A stretch of DNA of 64,000 bases from Octopus sinensis (taxonomy: Eukaryota): positions 620,001 through 684,000 of the forward strand of contig NC_043023.1 of the NCBI RefSeq assembly GCF_006345805.1, in the 5' to 3' direction. The position numbers and the translations under genes are program-made. The notes beneath the pieces were generated by a model. The model did not search any database. It had not been told where the DNA came from and was given only the letters and a program-made list of their open reading frames with translations. Shown here one piece after another: positions 23,068 through 34,920 of this stretch; position 1 is the stretch's first letter; each line of letters starts with the position of its first letter.

Positions 23068-23589
23068 TAATATAAAAAAGGATAAAATTGTTAAAAATTT
23101 TATCAGTGGGCAGCTTATAAAAAAAACAGACCTATTAAGGTAAAATCATAAATAAAATTATAATTAAGGGCATAGAAAATATTTTTGCCTATATGCTGAG
23201 AGGAGACACTAAATCGTTGAAGCCCCTCAAATATCATCACTGTTATTATTACACACATGTTGAAAAGCAAGGGACCAACTGGGAGAAATTCATAAAATTG
23301 AGTCATTTCTGGACTAATTTCTGGATTAACCCAAAGTTTTTTCATTCATCAGCAGAGAATACCGAGGAAATAAATGAAATACTTACAAATACCCACAGAA
23401 AAGCAGACGCAATATTATGAATGCACCTAAGTACCCCAAATATATCTGTATTGAGCTCCATAGCAAGCCTCAACACATTTGTAGGCAGTCAAGGATAACA
23501 CGGAAATGGCTAAACTGTCCCAAAGTGAATGGGAATTTAGTTATAATACGAAAAGGATAAAATTGTTAAAAATCTTATCAGTGGCCAGC
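23068..23589. mobile_element. Unclassified ~520-bp element bounded by ~46-bp direct repeats
   Basis: TAATATAAAAAAGGATAAAATTGTTAAAAATTTTATCAGTGGGCAGC vs TAATACGAAAAGGATAAAATTGTTAAAAATCTTATCAGTGGCCAGC. Confidence 0.6.
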
Positions 23590-23597
23590 ATGAGACT

Positions 23598-23692
23598 ATA
23601 ATAGAAGACATTTGCCCAAGGTGCCACGCAGTGGGACTGAACCCAGAACCATGTGGTTGGGAAGCAAGTTTCTTACCACACAGCCACTCCTC
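23598..23692 (-). mobile_element. SINE-A 5' fragment
   Basis: GAAGACATTTGCCCAAGGTGCCACGCAGTGGGACTGAACCC...CACAGCCACTCCT. Confidence 0.85.
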
Positions 23693-23755
23693 TCTCTTCA
23701 CTCTCTATTTCATATCTTCTCTCTAATAACTATTGCTTAACCATTTTCTCACACT

Positions 23756-23803
23756 GTCTCTGATGAAGCGATATATAAAATATCCCAGAAACAGCAGTAA
23801 GAC
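23756..23803 (+). ncRNA. Minimal type I hammerhead-ribozyme-like motif (Penelope-type), carrying point mutations
   Basis: GTCT|CTGATGA|A|GCGATAT-ATAAA-ATATCCC|A|GAAA|C-AGCA-G|TA|AGAC: stem I GUCU/AGAC, intact CUGAUGA and GAAA, GUA cleavage triplet. Confidence 0.6.
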
Positions 23804-23835
23804 CTCTTTAAATTCTGTTTTTTTTTTATATACAT

Positions 23836-24238
23836 GCTAGGAGTGGCTCTGTGGTAAGTAGCTTGCTAACCAACCACATGGTTCCGGGTTCAGTCCCACT
23901 GCGTGGCATCTTGGGCAAGTGTCTTCTGCTATAGTCCCAGGCCGACCAATGCCTTGTGAGTGGATTTGGTAGACGGAAACTGAAAGAAGCCTGTCGTATA
24001 TCTGTATATATATATATGTGTGTGTGTGTGTGTTTGTGTGTCTGTGTTTGTCCCCCTAGCATTGCTTGACAACCGATGCTGGTGTGTTTACGTCCTCGTC
24101 ACTTAGCGGTTCGGCAAAAAAGACCGATAGAATAAGTACTAGGCTTACAAAGAATAAGTCCTGGGGTCGATTTGCTCGACTAAAGGTGGTGCTCCAGCAT
24201 GGCCGCAGTCAAATGACTGAAACAAGTAAAAGAGTAAG
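23836..24238 (+). mobile_element. SINE-A, full length, low divergence
   Basis: A and B boxes, core, microsatellite, intact GTCGA-TTTGC-TCGAC hairpin, tail. Confidence 0.95.
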
Positions 24239-24392
24239 TATGACCTATGTTGGACTCCTCATTCACATAATCACCGAACCTGGAGCTTAACTATGGTCAT
24301 TCCAAAGCACTTACTCAGCATTACCTGACACCTTTGGGTGTTCTTGACACCAATGACTCTCATAACCTATGTATATATATATATATATATCT

Positions 24393-24565
24393 TTTACATT
24401 TTACTTGTTTCAGTCATTAGACTGCGGCCATGCTGGGGCACTGTTTTTATGAATTCAGTACTTATTTGTTTTAAACCAGGTACTTATTCTGTCAAATCGT
24501 TTTGCCAAACTGCTGTGTTACATTGACATAAACACACCAATGCCAATTTTCAAGTGGTTGTCGTG
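24393..24565 (-). mobile_element. SINE-A 3' fragment, diverged
   Basis: TTTTACTTGTTTCAGTCATTAGACTGCGGCCATGCTGGGGCAC. Confidence 0.75.
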
Positions 24566-24599
24566 TGGGAACAAAAACAGATACAATGGTACATTCACA

Positions 24600-24990
24600 T
24601 GGCAATCCTATCCATCTAACTGACAATCTGTCCATCCATCCATCCATCCATCTATCCGTCTATCCGTCTATCTCTCTATCTATCTATCTATCTACCTATC
24701 TATCAATCCATCCATCTATCCATCTATCCATCTATCCATCTATCTATCTATCTATCTCTCTATATATCTATCTACCTATCTATCTATTCATCTATACATC
24801 TGTCAATTTATCTATCTATCTATCTATATACACATACCTGTGTGTATATATATATATACACATGTGTATGCATGTACATGATATATATACTTGTGTGTAT
24901 CCATGTATGTGTATGTATCTCTGTCTCTCTCTATATATATATGTGTGTGTGTGTGTATCCATATATATATATGTATATATATATAATATA

Positions 24991-25022
<32 letters not shown>

Positions 25023-25030
25023 GCACACAT
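24600..25030. repeat. (ATCC)/(ATCT)/(TA) microsatellite field
   Basis: Direct reading. Confidence 0.9.
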
Positions 25031-25242
25031 GAGAAATCTCTGGAGTGTTCCCTGCTCAAATCCTCTTCTACCTCATCAGACAGACCAGTCACACGACTCA
25101 TCCCAGCATCCACCCTTCCTCCATGAGACCCCAGGTACCAGAGTACGCTTACACTGATAACAGATAATTGGTGTACTCCGTCCTTCCTACATCACCGTTT
25201 CTTGACTCCCGTTCGAAAATAGCTTAGCATTTGGTAATTGCC

Positions 25243-25256
25243 GTTGCCAGGGCAAC
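25243..25256. promoter_or_regulatory. Candidate RFX X-box GTTGCCAGGGCAAC
   Basis: Perfect GTTGCC-N2-GGCAAC palindrome in a repeat-free segment (25030-25400); function untested. Confidence 0.4.
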
Positions 25257-25419
25257 ACACAGAAGTGAAAATCAGCCCCAGGGAAGTGGTTAAGTGTTGA
25301 ATTAGCCAAGATTACTTTCGCTAACTCAATTGAAGAGGCGAAATAGATTAGCATTTAAATAAATTAAGCTTTAAACGGTCGTCTTTTCCATAGAGTACAT
25401 GAGGGACTTTGTTTATAGT

Positions 25420-25422
25420 GAG

Positions 25423-25466
<44 letters not shown>

Positions 25467-25556
25467 CGATGTATGTATTTGTGTGCATCTGTGTATTTTT
25501 GTGTGTGTGCATGTATGTCTATGGGAGGATGTATGCATATGTATGTGTCTGTATCA

Positions 25557-25599
<43 letters not shown>

Positions 25600-26648
25600 T
25601 TATATATGTCTTTATGTGTGAATGTGGGTGGATATATGAATATATATATATATATATATATATATAGGCACATGTATTATATGTGTGCACGTATAATATA
25701 TATACATATTTTCTATCAATACACTATACATGTATGGAGGTATATGTGTCTGCATGTATTGGTTAAAATGTATATATATATATATATATGTATACATACA
25801 TATGTGTGTATGCACGTATATGATATATATGCTTATGTGTATCCATGTATGTGTATGTATACAGATGTACCTCTCTCTATCTCTCTGTATATATATATGA
25901 GTGTGTGTGTGTGTATTTATAAAATAAAAATGTATATATAATTATGTATGTATACATGTGTATACACACACATGCATACACACATATATAACAGAAATAG
26001 ATTGTCTTTGTTCATATGTAAAATATATACACACATAATATGGTAATGTATCATATGAATATATACACACATACCACAATCAACTACAAACTCCTTGTGC
26101 TAATTTCATTAATTTTGCATGCGTTTAGATATTGTATACACACAGTGTGTATTGGTATAAGTTTTATGTGCGTATATACATGTTTGTGTGTGTTTATATG
26201 TACTCATGTGTGTGGGTATACTTGTGTGTATGCATGTGTGAATGCGTTCACGTTTGTGAGTGTATAACTATACATTTGCATGTACATGGATATATCTATG
26301 CTACTGTGTATATCACTAGTGCATTGTATGTATGTACAAATTTATAAATATGTGTGTGTGCATATGTATATATATATGTGTATGTGTATAAATGCATATA
26401 TGTACATAAATATAATACACATGTGTATAAATGCATGCGTATATATATATATACATATAAATCCATATATATATGTAGTTGTACATGTATATTTATGTAT
26501 ATATATATATGTGTGTGTGTATAAATATATATATGTATGTATAAATGCATATATGTACATAAATATAATACACATGTGTATAAATGCATGCGTATATATA
26601 TATACATATAAATCCATATATATATGTAGTTGTACATGTATATTTATG

Positions 26649-26679
<31 letters not shown>

Positions 26680-27093
26680 ATGTGTATATCCATGCATATA
26701 CACACACATATTTGTGTATGTATGTATAAATACTCGTGTGTGTGTATGTATATATATCACACAGACACAAATATGTATACAGCTACATTCATATATATTT
26801 ATATGTTTGTATAAATATTTATGCGTATATATATATGCATGTAGTGCATCTATATGCACGTGTATATACATGTGCGTAGGCATGTATGTGTTTTGTTTCT
26901 CGTATTTAAAAACGCCTCGGTGTCTTAGAAAATTTCATTACTAACTTCGAATAGAATTTTGTATGTTGCCTAAACAGGAACATTTGCAAATAAAAGTCAC
27001 ATACATATATACATACATATACATATATATATATATATTAAATTAGAGATATATATGTGTATGTATATGTGTGTATATATATATATTTATGTA

Positions 27094-27150
<57 letters not shown>

Positions 27151-27169
27151 TCATCATCATCATCATATA

Positions 27170-27214
<45 letters not shown>

Positions 27215-27545
27215 ATATGTATGTATGTATATATATATACTCTGCATATATATGATTCGATATACCATATATATATATATATCGATGATGATGATGATGA
27301 TGATGATATGTATTCATATTTGCATATATATATATATATATATTTATGTATATATATGTGTGTATATATATATATATACACATATATATATATTCAATAT
27401 ATATGTATGTATGTATATAAATATATACTTGAACATATACATTTAACATAGCATATACACACATGTGTGTGAGTGTGTGTGTGTGTGTGTATACATACAC
27501 ACGCAAATGTATGTATGCATGTATATATATATACATACACACATG
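25420..27545. repeat. Long cryptic (TA)/(TG) microsatellite field with a ~152-bp tandem duplication at 26386-26670
   Basis: Direct reading; ATCC anchors at 26461 and 26612. Confidence 0.85.
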
Positions 27546-28013
27546 CTTGTCAGTCTCCAGTTCGAAACGTGTGTAACTTTGCTTTTCTTCAGTCTTGAAC
27601 TAATCTGTGGAAAATATAAGTTTAAGAGTCTATTGACATTTTTAATTAGATTTGCTTCTAAACTCGTTAATTTTCAACACGTCTTGCACCATTAAATTAG
27701 TAAACCTTGATAGAATTATGAAGTTTTGGAAGTATAATTTGCTGTTAATATTTTTTAAAAATTCAATAATTTCTCTTTTATTTCTTTCATCAAGAGCTTG
27801 TTTTAGTCATTGGGCAACGGCCATGCATGAGCATCATGTTTATGATTTTAGTTGAATAAATCAACTCCAATACTTTTTTTTGTTTTTAATAGTCTGTTTC
27901 TTATTTGCTAAGTTTCAGTTTTGTAAACTGCTAAGTTAATAGGATGTAAATAAACTAACACCGGTTTGCAAGTGATGTGTCAGAAGGACAAACACAAAGC
28001 CATATATATACTC

Positions 28014-28397
28014 CTTTCTTTTACTCTTTTACTTGTTTCAGTCATTTGACTGTGGCCATGCTGGAGTACCACCTTTAGTCGAGCAAATTGACCCCAGGAC
28101 TTATTCTTTGTAAGCCTAGTACTTATTCTATCACTCTCTTTTGCCGAACTGCTAAGTTACGGGGAACGTAAACACACCAGCACCGGTTGTAAAGTGATAT
28201 TGGGGGGACAAAGACAGACACACAAACATATATATATATATACACACACACACACATATATATACATATATACGATGGGCTTCTTTCAGTTCCGTCTACC
28301 AAATCCACTCACAAGGCTTTGGTTGACCCAAGGCTATAGTAGAAGACACATGCCCAAGGTGCCACACAGTGGGACTGAACCTGGAACCATGTGGTTC
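28014..28397 (-). mobile_element. SINE-A, missing the extreme 5' end
   Basis: Tail, hairpin, microsatellite, core and B-box on the minus strand. Confidence 0.92.
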
Positions 28398-28494
28398 GTA
28401 TATTTCTTATACACAAGTTCACTGTACTCATTTTTGTTGATTTTCTAAATAATACTTGTTTATGCAATGCTGAACAATGTGTGTGTGTGAGTGT

Positions 28495-28930
28495 GTGGTC
28501 ATGTGATGTAGATGGACGAGGAGAGCAGTGTGAAGAAGTGCTGATTTGTAATTGTGGAGGGAATCTATGGAAGAGCTAGACCCAGGAACACGTGGAATGT
28601 GGTGGTGAAGCAGGATCTTTGAATGCTGAGCCTCACGGAGGCAAACACAAGTGAACGAGACCTTTGGTGATATGCCATGCTTGGGAAGACTTGTTAAGCT
28701 AAGGGAAATCGTAATTGTGTCTGTTGCTGATGTTATGTAAATGGTACCCGTGAAATAATCGTCTTGGCCTTTACCAGCTAAATCTAAATGGCACCTGTGC
28801 CAGTGTCACATAACATGCATCCATTACTTCTTAGAGTGGTTGGCATTAGGAAGGGCATCCAATTCTAAAAACTGTGCCAAACCAGGCACGAACCAAGTGC
28901 AGCTCTCCAGCTTACCAATTTCCAGTGACC
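28495..28930 (+). mobile_element. Decayed RTE LINE C-terminus plus 3' UTR
   Basis: Translates as GHVM*MDEESSVKKC...RARPRNTWNVVVKQDL; downstream GAGTGGTTGGCATTAGGAAGGGCATCC. Confidence 0.75.
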
Positions 28931-29154
28931 CAGGAAAACCAAACTACAGACCACAGGCCAGGTCCTGCCCGTGAGGTCAGTCCATTCGGCCCACCACCGC
29001 ACAGTATCGTTTGTGTAAGTACCTGCATTTGCATCTTGTATGGCATCAGTGTTTGGAACGACTTAAGTTTATGAGCAAACATTTTCAAAAATGAAGTATG
29101 TGGAGTCAGCACATCGAACGAGGTTGACTGATGAACATTTGAAAGCAATTCTCT
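28931..29154 (+). mobile_element. Truncated second copy of the hAT element at 2546-3026
   Basis: Reverse complement of ~2805-3026, including GCATCAGTGTTTGGAACGACTTAAGTTT..GAGGTTGACTGATGAACATTTGAAAGCAATTCTC. Confidence 0.85.
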
Positions 29155-29533
29155 GTACAAATGATTCAACAAAATATTCAGTAGACCTAACCTGAGAATT
29201 TTCTTTAGTTGTGCACCTAATGTAAAAAAAAGTAAGCCTACGCTTGAGACAGAAGCAGGATGCTCATGTAGAGGTAACACATGTCCACTAAACAGCCACT
29301 GTAATATGGAGACCATCATATATGAGGTAGAGGTAACAGCTGAATGAATCGAAGAGATTCCATATTCGCTACCTCTGATGAACACAGGGTCATATAATCG
29401 GATTGTTACCTAACACTCCGTTGTACCTCTAATGTGAAACCAATTGGTAAGATCAGCTGTGATGGATATATAATACTGTACCCTTTGGATTATATATATC
29501 ATATAATATAATTGATATATATAAATATAAATA

Positions 29534-29962
29534 GGCACAGGAGTGGCTGCGTGGTAAGTACCTTGCTAACTAACCACATGGTTCTGGGTTCAGTCCCACT
29601 GCGTGGCATCTTGGGCAAGTGTCTTCTGCTATAGCCCCAGGCCGACCAAAACCTTGTGAGTGGATTTGGTAGACAGAAACGGAAAGAAGCCTGTCATATA
29701 TATGTATATATATATAAATATGTATGTGTGTGTATATGTTTGTGTGTCTGTGTTCGTCCCTCTAGCATTGCTTGACATCCGGTGCTGGTGTGTTTACGTC
29801 CCTGCCACTTAGCGGTTCGGCAAAAGAGACCGATAGAATAAGTACTGGGCTTACAAAGAATAAGTCCCGGGGTCGATTTGCTCGACCAAAGGTAGTGCTC
29901 CAGCATGGCCACAGTCAAATGACTGAAACAAGTAAAAGAGTAAAGGAGAGAGTAAAGAGTAA
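29534..29962 (+). mobile_element. SINE-A, full length
   Basis: A and B boxes, core, microsatellite, tail. Confidence 0.95.
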
Positions 29963-30011
<49 letters not shown>

Positions 30012-30015
<4 letters not shown>

Positions 30016-30290
30016 TAAATTAGAAATAAAACCACCATGAGGCAAATCAAACAGTGAAAAACATAAGCCAATACATAAAATTAATTTAAAAATATAAAAG
30101 TTAAAAATTTAAAAATTATTTAAATAATTTAAACTTATAAATTTTAAATATATATATACAAATATATATATATATGTATGTATATTTTTATATTTATATA
30201 TTATTTTATTTATTAATTAATTAATTAATTAATTAATTTTTTTTTTATAAATATCAAAAGTATTAAAAGTTTAATAAAATATATATATAT
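30012..30290. mobile_element. AT-rich ~280-bp interspersed repeat (family of 20430-20745)
   Basis: Shared terminal sequences with the inverted copy. Confidence 0.6.
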
Positions 30291-31254
30291 ATATATATAT
30301 ATATAAGAATGGAGAAAATCACATCTTTAATTGGTGATTACACTACACATAACTGACAAACGTTTCTATTGTGCCAGCATATTTAGATACAGAAAAAAGT
30401 ATAGAACACCAGTCAAATTCATCTTTCCATAAATATCTGCTAATACAACGATATCAAGGCAAACCAAAATGGGTTAAGTTCAAAGTGAACTAAGAAAATA
30501 ATTCAGTAGATGAACACATAAAAAAGAACATTATGAAGAAATATAATATTCTAAGAAAAGCCAGTTTAGTGTTTAACTTTTTATGATGTCAGTGAATGAC
30601 AAAAGAATAAAGAAAAAACATAGGAATTCAATGCCATGACGATTAGAAACAGAAATTTTATGTCCTAATAATTAGCCATTTATTAAATATGCTAAAAAAA
30701 TGTTTTTAGAACAATTATGCATATTTGATTATATGAAAAGCAATTATAATTAATGGGTTATTTAGTATTGAAATGTTTAAATGTTTTTCTATTTTTGTGA
30801 GAACAGTTCAACATAAAATACCTTTTACAATTTAATAATACTAATTTAGAAGTAATTATGTGATACATTACCTCAAGGCAAAAACTGCATTTAAAATTAC
30901 CAGTATTTCATAATAGTGCATAACTAATAATGGACCACTTTAAATCAGTTAATGTTCCTGTCTTACAAATCCCAAATGCATTTACTAAGATTCTTAATAA
31001 TTTGAATAAAGTAAAAGAGTGTACAGTTATAAAAATGACAGAAAATGGAATAAACGACATTTATTATTTAGAATCACTACAACTGTTTCGACACATTTTT
31101 ACATTCATAGTACATTGGTGAAATGTTATGTAATAATTATCGTCCATCCAAGGTGTAAAATGCACCTCATCAGGTGGATGTTTAAATAGATTCTATGTAA
31201 GATCCTGCTGTCATTTTACTCAGTGAGAGAATGCATACTCAAAGCCAGCAGGTC

Positions 31255-31717
31255 TCAAAGCCCGACTGGCCTCCGTGCCGGTGACACGTAAAAAGCACAA
31301 TCCGTTCGTGTCCGTTGCCAGCCTTGCTGGCCCCCGTGCCGGTGGCATGTAAAAAGCACCATCCGTTCGTGGCCATTTGCCAGCCTCGCCTGGCCTCCGT
31401 GCCAGTGGCACGTAAAAGCACCATCCGTTCGTGGCTGTTGCCTGCCTCGCCTGGCCCCCGTGCTGGTGGCACATAAAAAGCACCATCCGTCCGTAGCCGT
31501 TTGCCAGGTCCGTCTGGCACCTGTGCGGGTGGCACGTAAAAAGCACCCACTACACTTGCGGAGTGGTTGGCGTTAGGAAGGGCATCCAGCCATAGAAACA
31601 CTGCCAGATCAGACTGGGTCTGATGCAGCCTTCTGGCTTCACAGACCCCAGTTGAACCGTCCAACCCATGCTAGCATGGAAAACGGACGCTAAATGATGA
31701 TGATGATGATGATGATG
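31255..31717 (+). mobile_element. RTE LINE 3' UTR with 4-5 tandem units and (GAT)n tail
   Basis: Repeated GTGGCACGTAAAAAGCACCATCCGTTCGTGGCC units; CCATGCTAGCATGG; GGACGCTAAATGATGAT. Confidence 0.9.
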
Positions 31718-32089
31718 AAAGCCATGTGTCATTTCCAGCTGTTGACAATCAAAATACAAAATAAATTAACAGACAAATGAAGAGGAAAAAGGGGTCAGGT
31801 TGACCGTAACTTAAGGGTCAGATTATAAGGAAGAAAGTGCTAAACAAAATACAGAATAAAATAAAGAATAAAATCCATTATAAATTGGTTTTGCACTGGA
31901 TCATAAACTGAATGTTAGATAACAACCCGGTTATGTAAAACTATGTACTTGTCAGAGGTGGCAGGCATGGAAGTATTTCATAGTATCTATCTCTCTATGT
32001 GTATTGGCTGTTTGTCTTAAATTTGCATTGCTTAAAGTTTTATGAACATGAGATAAGTAGTGGGTCGACCCCCACCCCGATGCCAGTAC

Positions 32090-32945
32090 TTATTTTATTC
32101 TGAATGTGGTACTTATTCCAACAGTTTCCTTTGCCAAGCTGCTAAGTTACAAGGATGTAAACAAACCAACCTTTGTTGTCAAGAATTGGTGAGGAACAAA
32201 CGCGGGCAAAGACACACACACACACACACACATTGTCGACCTCTAACTGTGGAGGGAACCTGTGGAAGAGGTAGACTTAGGAAGATGTAGGGTGAGGTGA
32301 TGACACATGACCTTTGAACGTTGGACCTCATGGAGGCAATGATAAATGACTGAGACCTTTGACAAAATGTTGTGCAGAAATGCTAGCATGCCGGGTGAAA
32401 TGATTAGCAGTATTTTGTCTGTCTTTATATTCTGAGTTCAAATTCCACCGTTCATCCTTTCGGAGTTGAGAAATTAAGTACCATTTACGTACTGGGTTCA
32501 ATCTAATTGAATGGCCTCCATCCTGAAAATTTCAGACCTTGTGCCAAGAGTAGAAAAGAAAAGAATATGTTGTGCTTGAGAAGATCCATCAAGCAAAATG
32601 AAATCACAGCCATGGCTAATGTTGGTGTCACATGACTTTGAATATTGAGCCTCACAGAGGTGATAAGTGGCCGAGATCTTTGGTGAAATGCCATGCTTGA
32701 GAAGATACGTCACGCCAAGTGGAATCCTAGTCAGGGCCAATGCTGGTATCATATAACAAGCACCTCTGCTGGTGACATGTAAAAAGCACCCATTACACTT
32801 TTGGAGTGGTTGGTGTCAGGAAGTGCATCCAGCTGTAGAAACGATGGCAAATCAGATTGGAATCTGTTGCAGCTCTCCAGTTCACCAGTTTCGGTCAAGC
32901 CATCCAACCCATGCCATTATAGAAAGCAGACACTAAATGATATTT
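32090..32945. mobile_element. Nested cluster: SINE-A 3' piece, RTE C-terminus, inserted SINE-B fragment (~32380-32565), RTE 3' UTR
   Basis: TVEGTCGRGRLRK peptide; SINE-B core CTGAGTTCAAATTCCACC..CATCCTTTCGG flanked by ATGTTGTGC direct repeats; GGAGTGGTTGG..CATCCAGCTGTAGAAAC. Confidence 0.7.
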
Positions 32946-33124
32946 CCATGAAGTATGCTTGAACAACTGTAAAGATCTCTCTTAAAACGAAACCATTGGT
33001 AGCCTTGTTGACCCACAAATAACCATCCACCATGCGGTGTTGAGCACTCATTTTTACTGTTCAATATTAGTCTAAATATATTATATATATATATATACAC
33101 ACACACATATACACCTTTTAACTT

Positions 33125-33520
33125 TTATTTAGACATTTGACTGGGCTGCAGCCATGCTGGGGCACCACCTTGAAGGGTTGAGTATTTCTAGGTCTGGTAC
33201 TTATTCTATTGGTCTCTTTTGCTGAACAACTAAGTTACAAGGACATAAACAAACCAACACTGATTGTCAAGCTGTTCGAGGACAAACGGGTACACAAAGA
33301 CACACACAGATATATATATACACACATATACACATATGGGATGGGGGTGAGGTGGGATAGGAGGATGGGCTTTTTTCAGTTTTCTTCCAAATTTACTCAC
33401 AACGCTTTGGTCAGCCTGGGGCCATAATAGACGACACTTGTCTAAAGTGGGTGCAGCAACAGGATTGAACCAGGAACCTGGTGGCTGTAAAGGAAGCTTC
33501 TTAACCACACAGCCATGTCT
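33125..33520 (-). mobile_element. SINE-A, diverged
   Basis: Tail and head motifs recognisable on the minus strand. Confidence 0.75.
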
Positions 33521-33599
33521 AAGTCTACTTGTGTGAAATGTTACAGAAACCAAATTGTTATTTAACTAACAATTTATAATGGTTGAGTTTACAGTGACA

Positions 33600-34230
33600 G
33601 TTACATCACCAGGACTATCACCACCACCCATACTATCACCAATACCATCTTTATCATCCCAACCACCACTACCATCACCAAAATCACCACCAACTCTCAC
33701 TCAGACAAAATACCATACCACCAGTGTTACTTCAGATGGCCACCACCACCACCAACACCACCACCACCACCACCAATACCACCACCAGCACCAGCACCAC
33801 CACCACCACCACAACCACAACCACAACCACCACCACCACTAATACCACCACAACCACCACCACTACAACCACCACCACTACAACCACCACCACCACCACA
33901 ACCACCACCACCACAACCACAACCACAACCACCACCACCACCACCACCAATACCACCACCACCACCAAACCACCAATACTACCACCACCACCACCACCAC
34001 AACCACCAATACCACCACCACCACCACCACAACCACCACCACCACCACCAATACCACCACCACCACTATAATACCAATACTACGACCACACCGTCATCTC
34101 AACCAGCCCCTCACCATGATCATCATCGCCCACCACCAATTCTCTCCACCCTCCTCCACTCACCCCTCTTGCTATTACCATCGCCATAATTATCAACCTC
34201 TTTGCATAATGTAGTGTCCCTCCCGGGTGT
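33600..34230. repeat. (ACC)n low-complexity tract
   Basis: Direct reading. Confidence 0.92.
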
Positions 34231-34326
34231 GAAATACCCCTCCAGCCCCTTTCTACTACCGCCCAAACCACTCGCCAATTTACTTCCACTTAAGAGCCTC
34301 TGTGACTTTGCATACCTTACATACAA

Positions 34327-34920
34327 AATGAGGGAGGAAGTCCACTACGTGGTAGATGGCCATGTTTGAAATAGCAGCCAAATCTCCCTCAAATCACACC
34401 CTACTGTCTTATGTATGTATATAAGTATGTATGAGCCAATGAGGGAGACCTCTACATGGTTGATAGACCTAGTAGAAATAGCAGCCAGGTCTCACTCAAA
34501 TCAAACTGTTCTGTCTTATGTATGTATATATGTAGGTATGAGTCAATGAGGGAGACCTGTACATGGTAGCTTGACCTGGTTGAAATAGCAGCCAAATCTC
34601 CCTCAAATCACACCCTACTCATTTATGTATGTATAAATGCATATATGAGCCAATGAGGGTGACAGCTTCACTGTACCTAGAACTTGTAGTAATAGCAGCT
34701 AAATCTCCCTCAAATCACACTCTACTGTCTTACCTCTACATAGAAGCTAAATCCTTTTGAAATAGCAGCCAAATCTCCCTCAAATCATTCACAACTGTCT
34801 TATGTATGTATAATACGTATGTATGAGCCAATGAGGGATACCTCTACGTGGTAGCTAGACCTGGTAGAAATAGCAGCCAAACTTCCCTCAATTCACACCC
34901 TACAGTCTGATATATGTATG
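34327..34920 (+). repeat. 107-bp minisatellite, about 5.5 units
   Basis: AATAGCAGC anchors at ~34370, 34477, 34584, 34691, 34761 and 34869. Confidence 0.9.

Noticed and set aside
23836-23900. tRNA gene at SINE heads (A/B boxes)
   Set aside because: No complete cloverleaf or acceptor stem; continues into SINE body in dozens of copies.
30930-31121. 63-aa ORF in unique AT-rich DNA as an exon
   Set aside because: No recognisable homology or clear splice sites; the length is expected by chance.
31145-31180. Minus-strand CUGAUGA-GGUG/CACC hairpin as a hammerhead
   Set aside because: Stem II is followed by UUGG, not GAAA; no stem III or cleavage triplet.
33724-34071. Thr/Pro-rich mucin-like ORFs (also 37359-37697 and 46538-47245)
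   Set aside because: Simple (ACC)n-derived tracts, open on both strands, without flanking domains.
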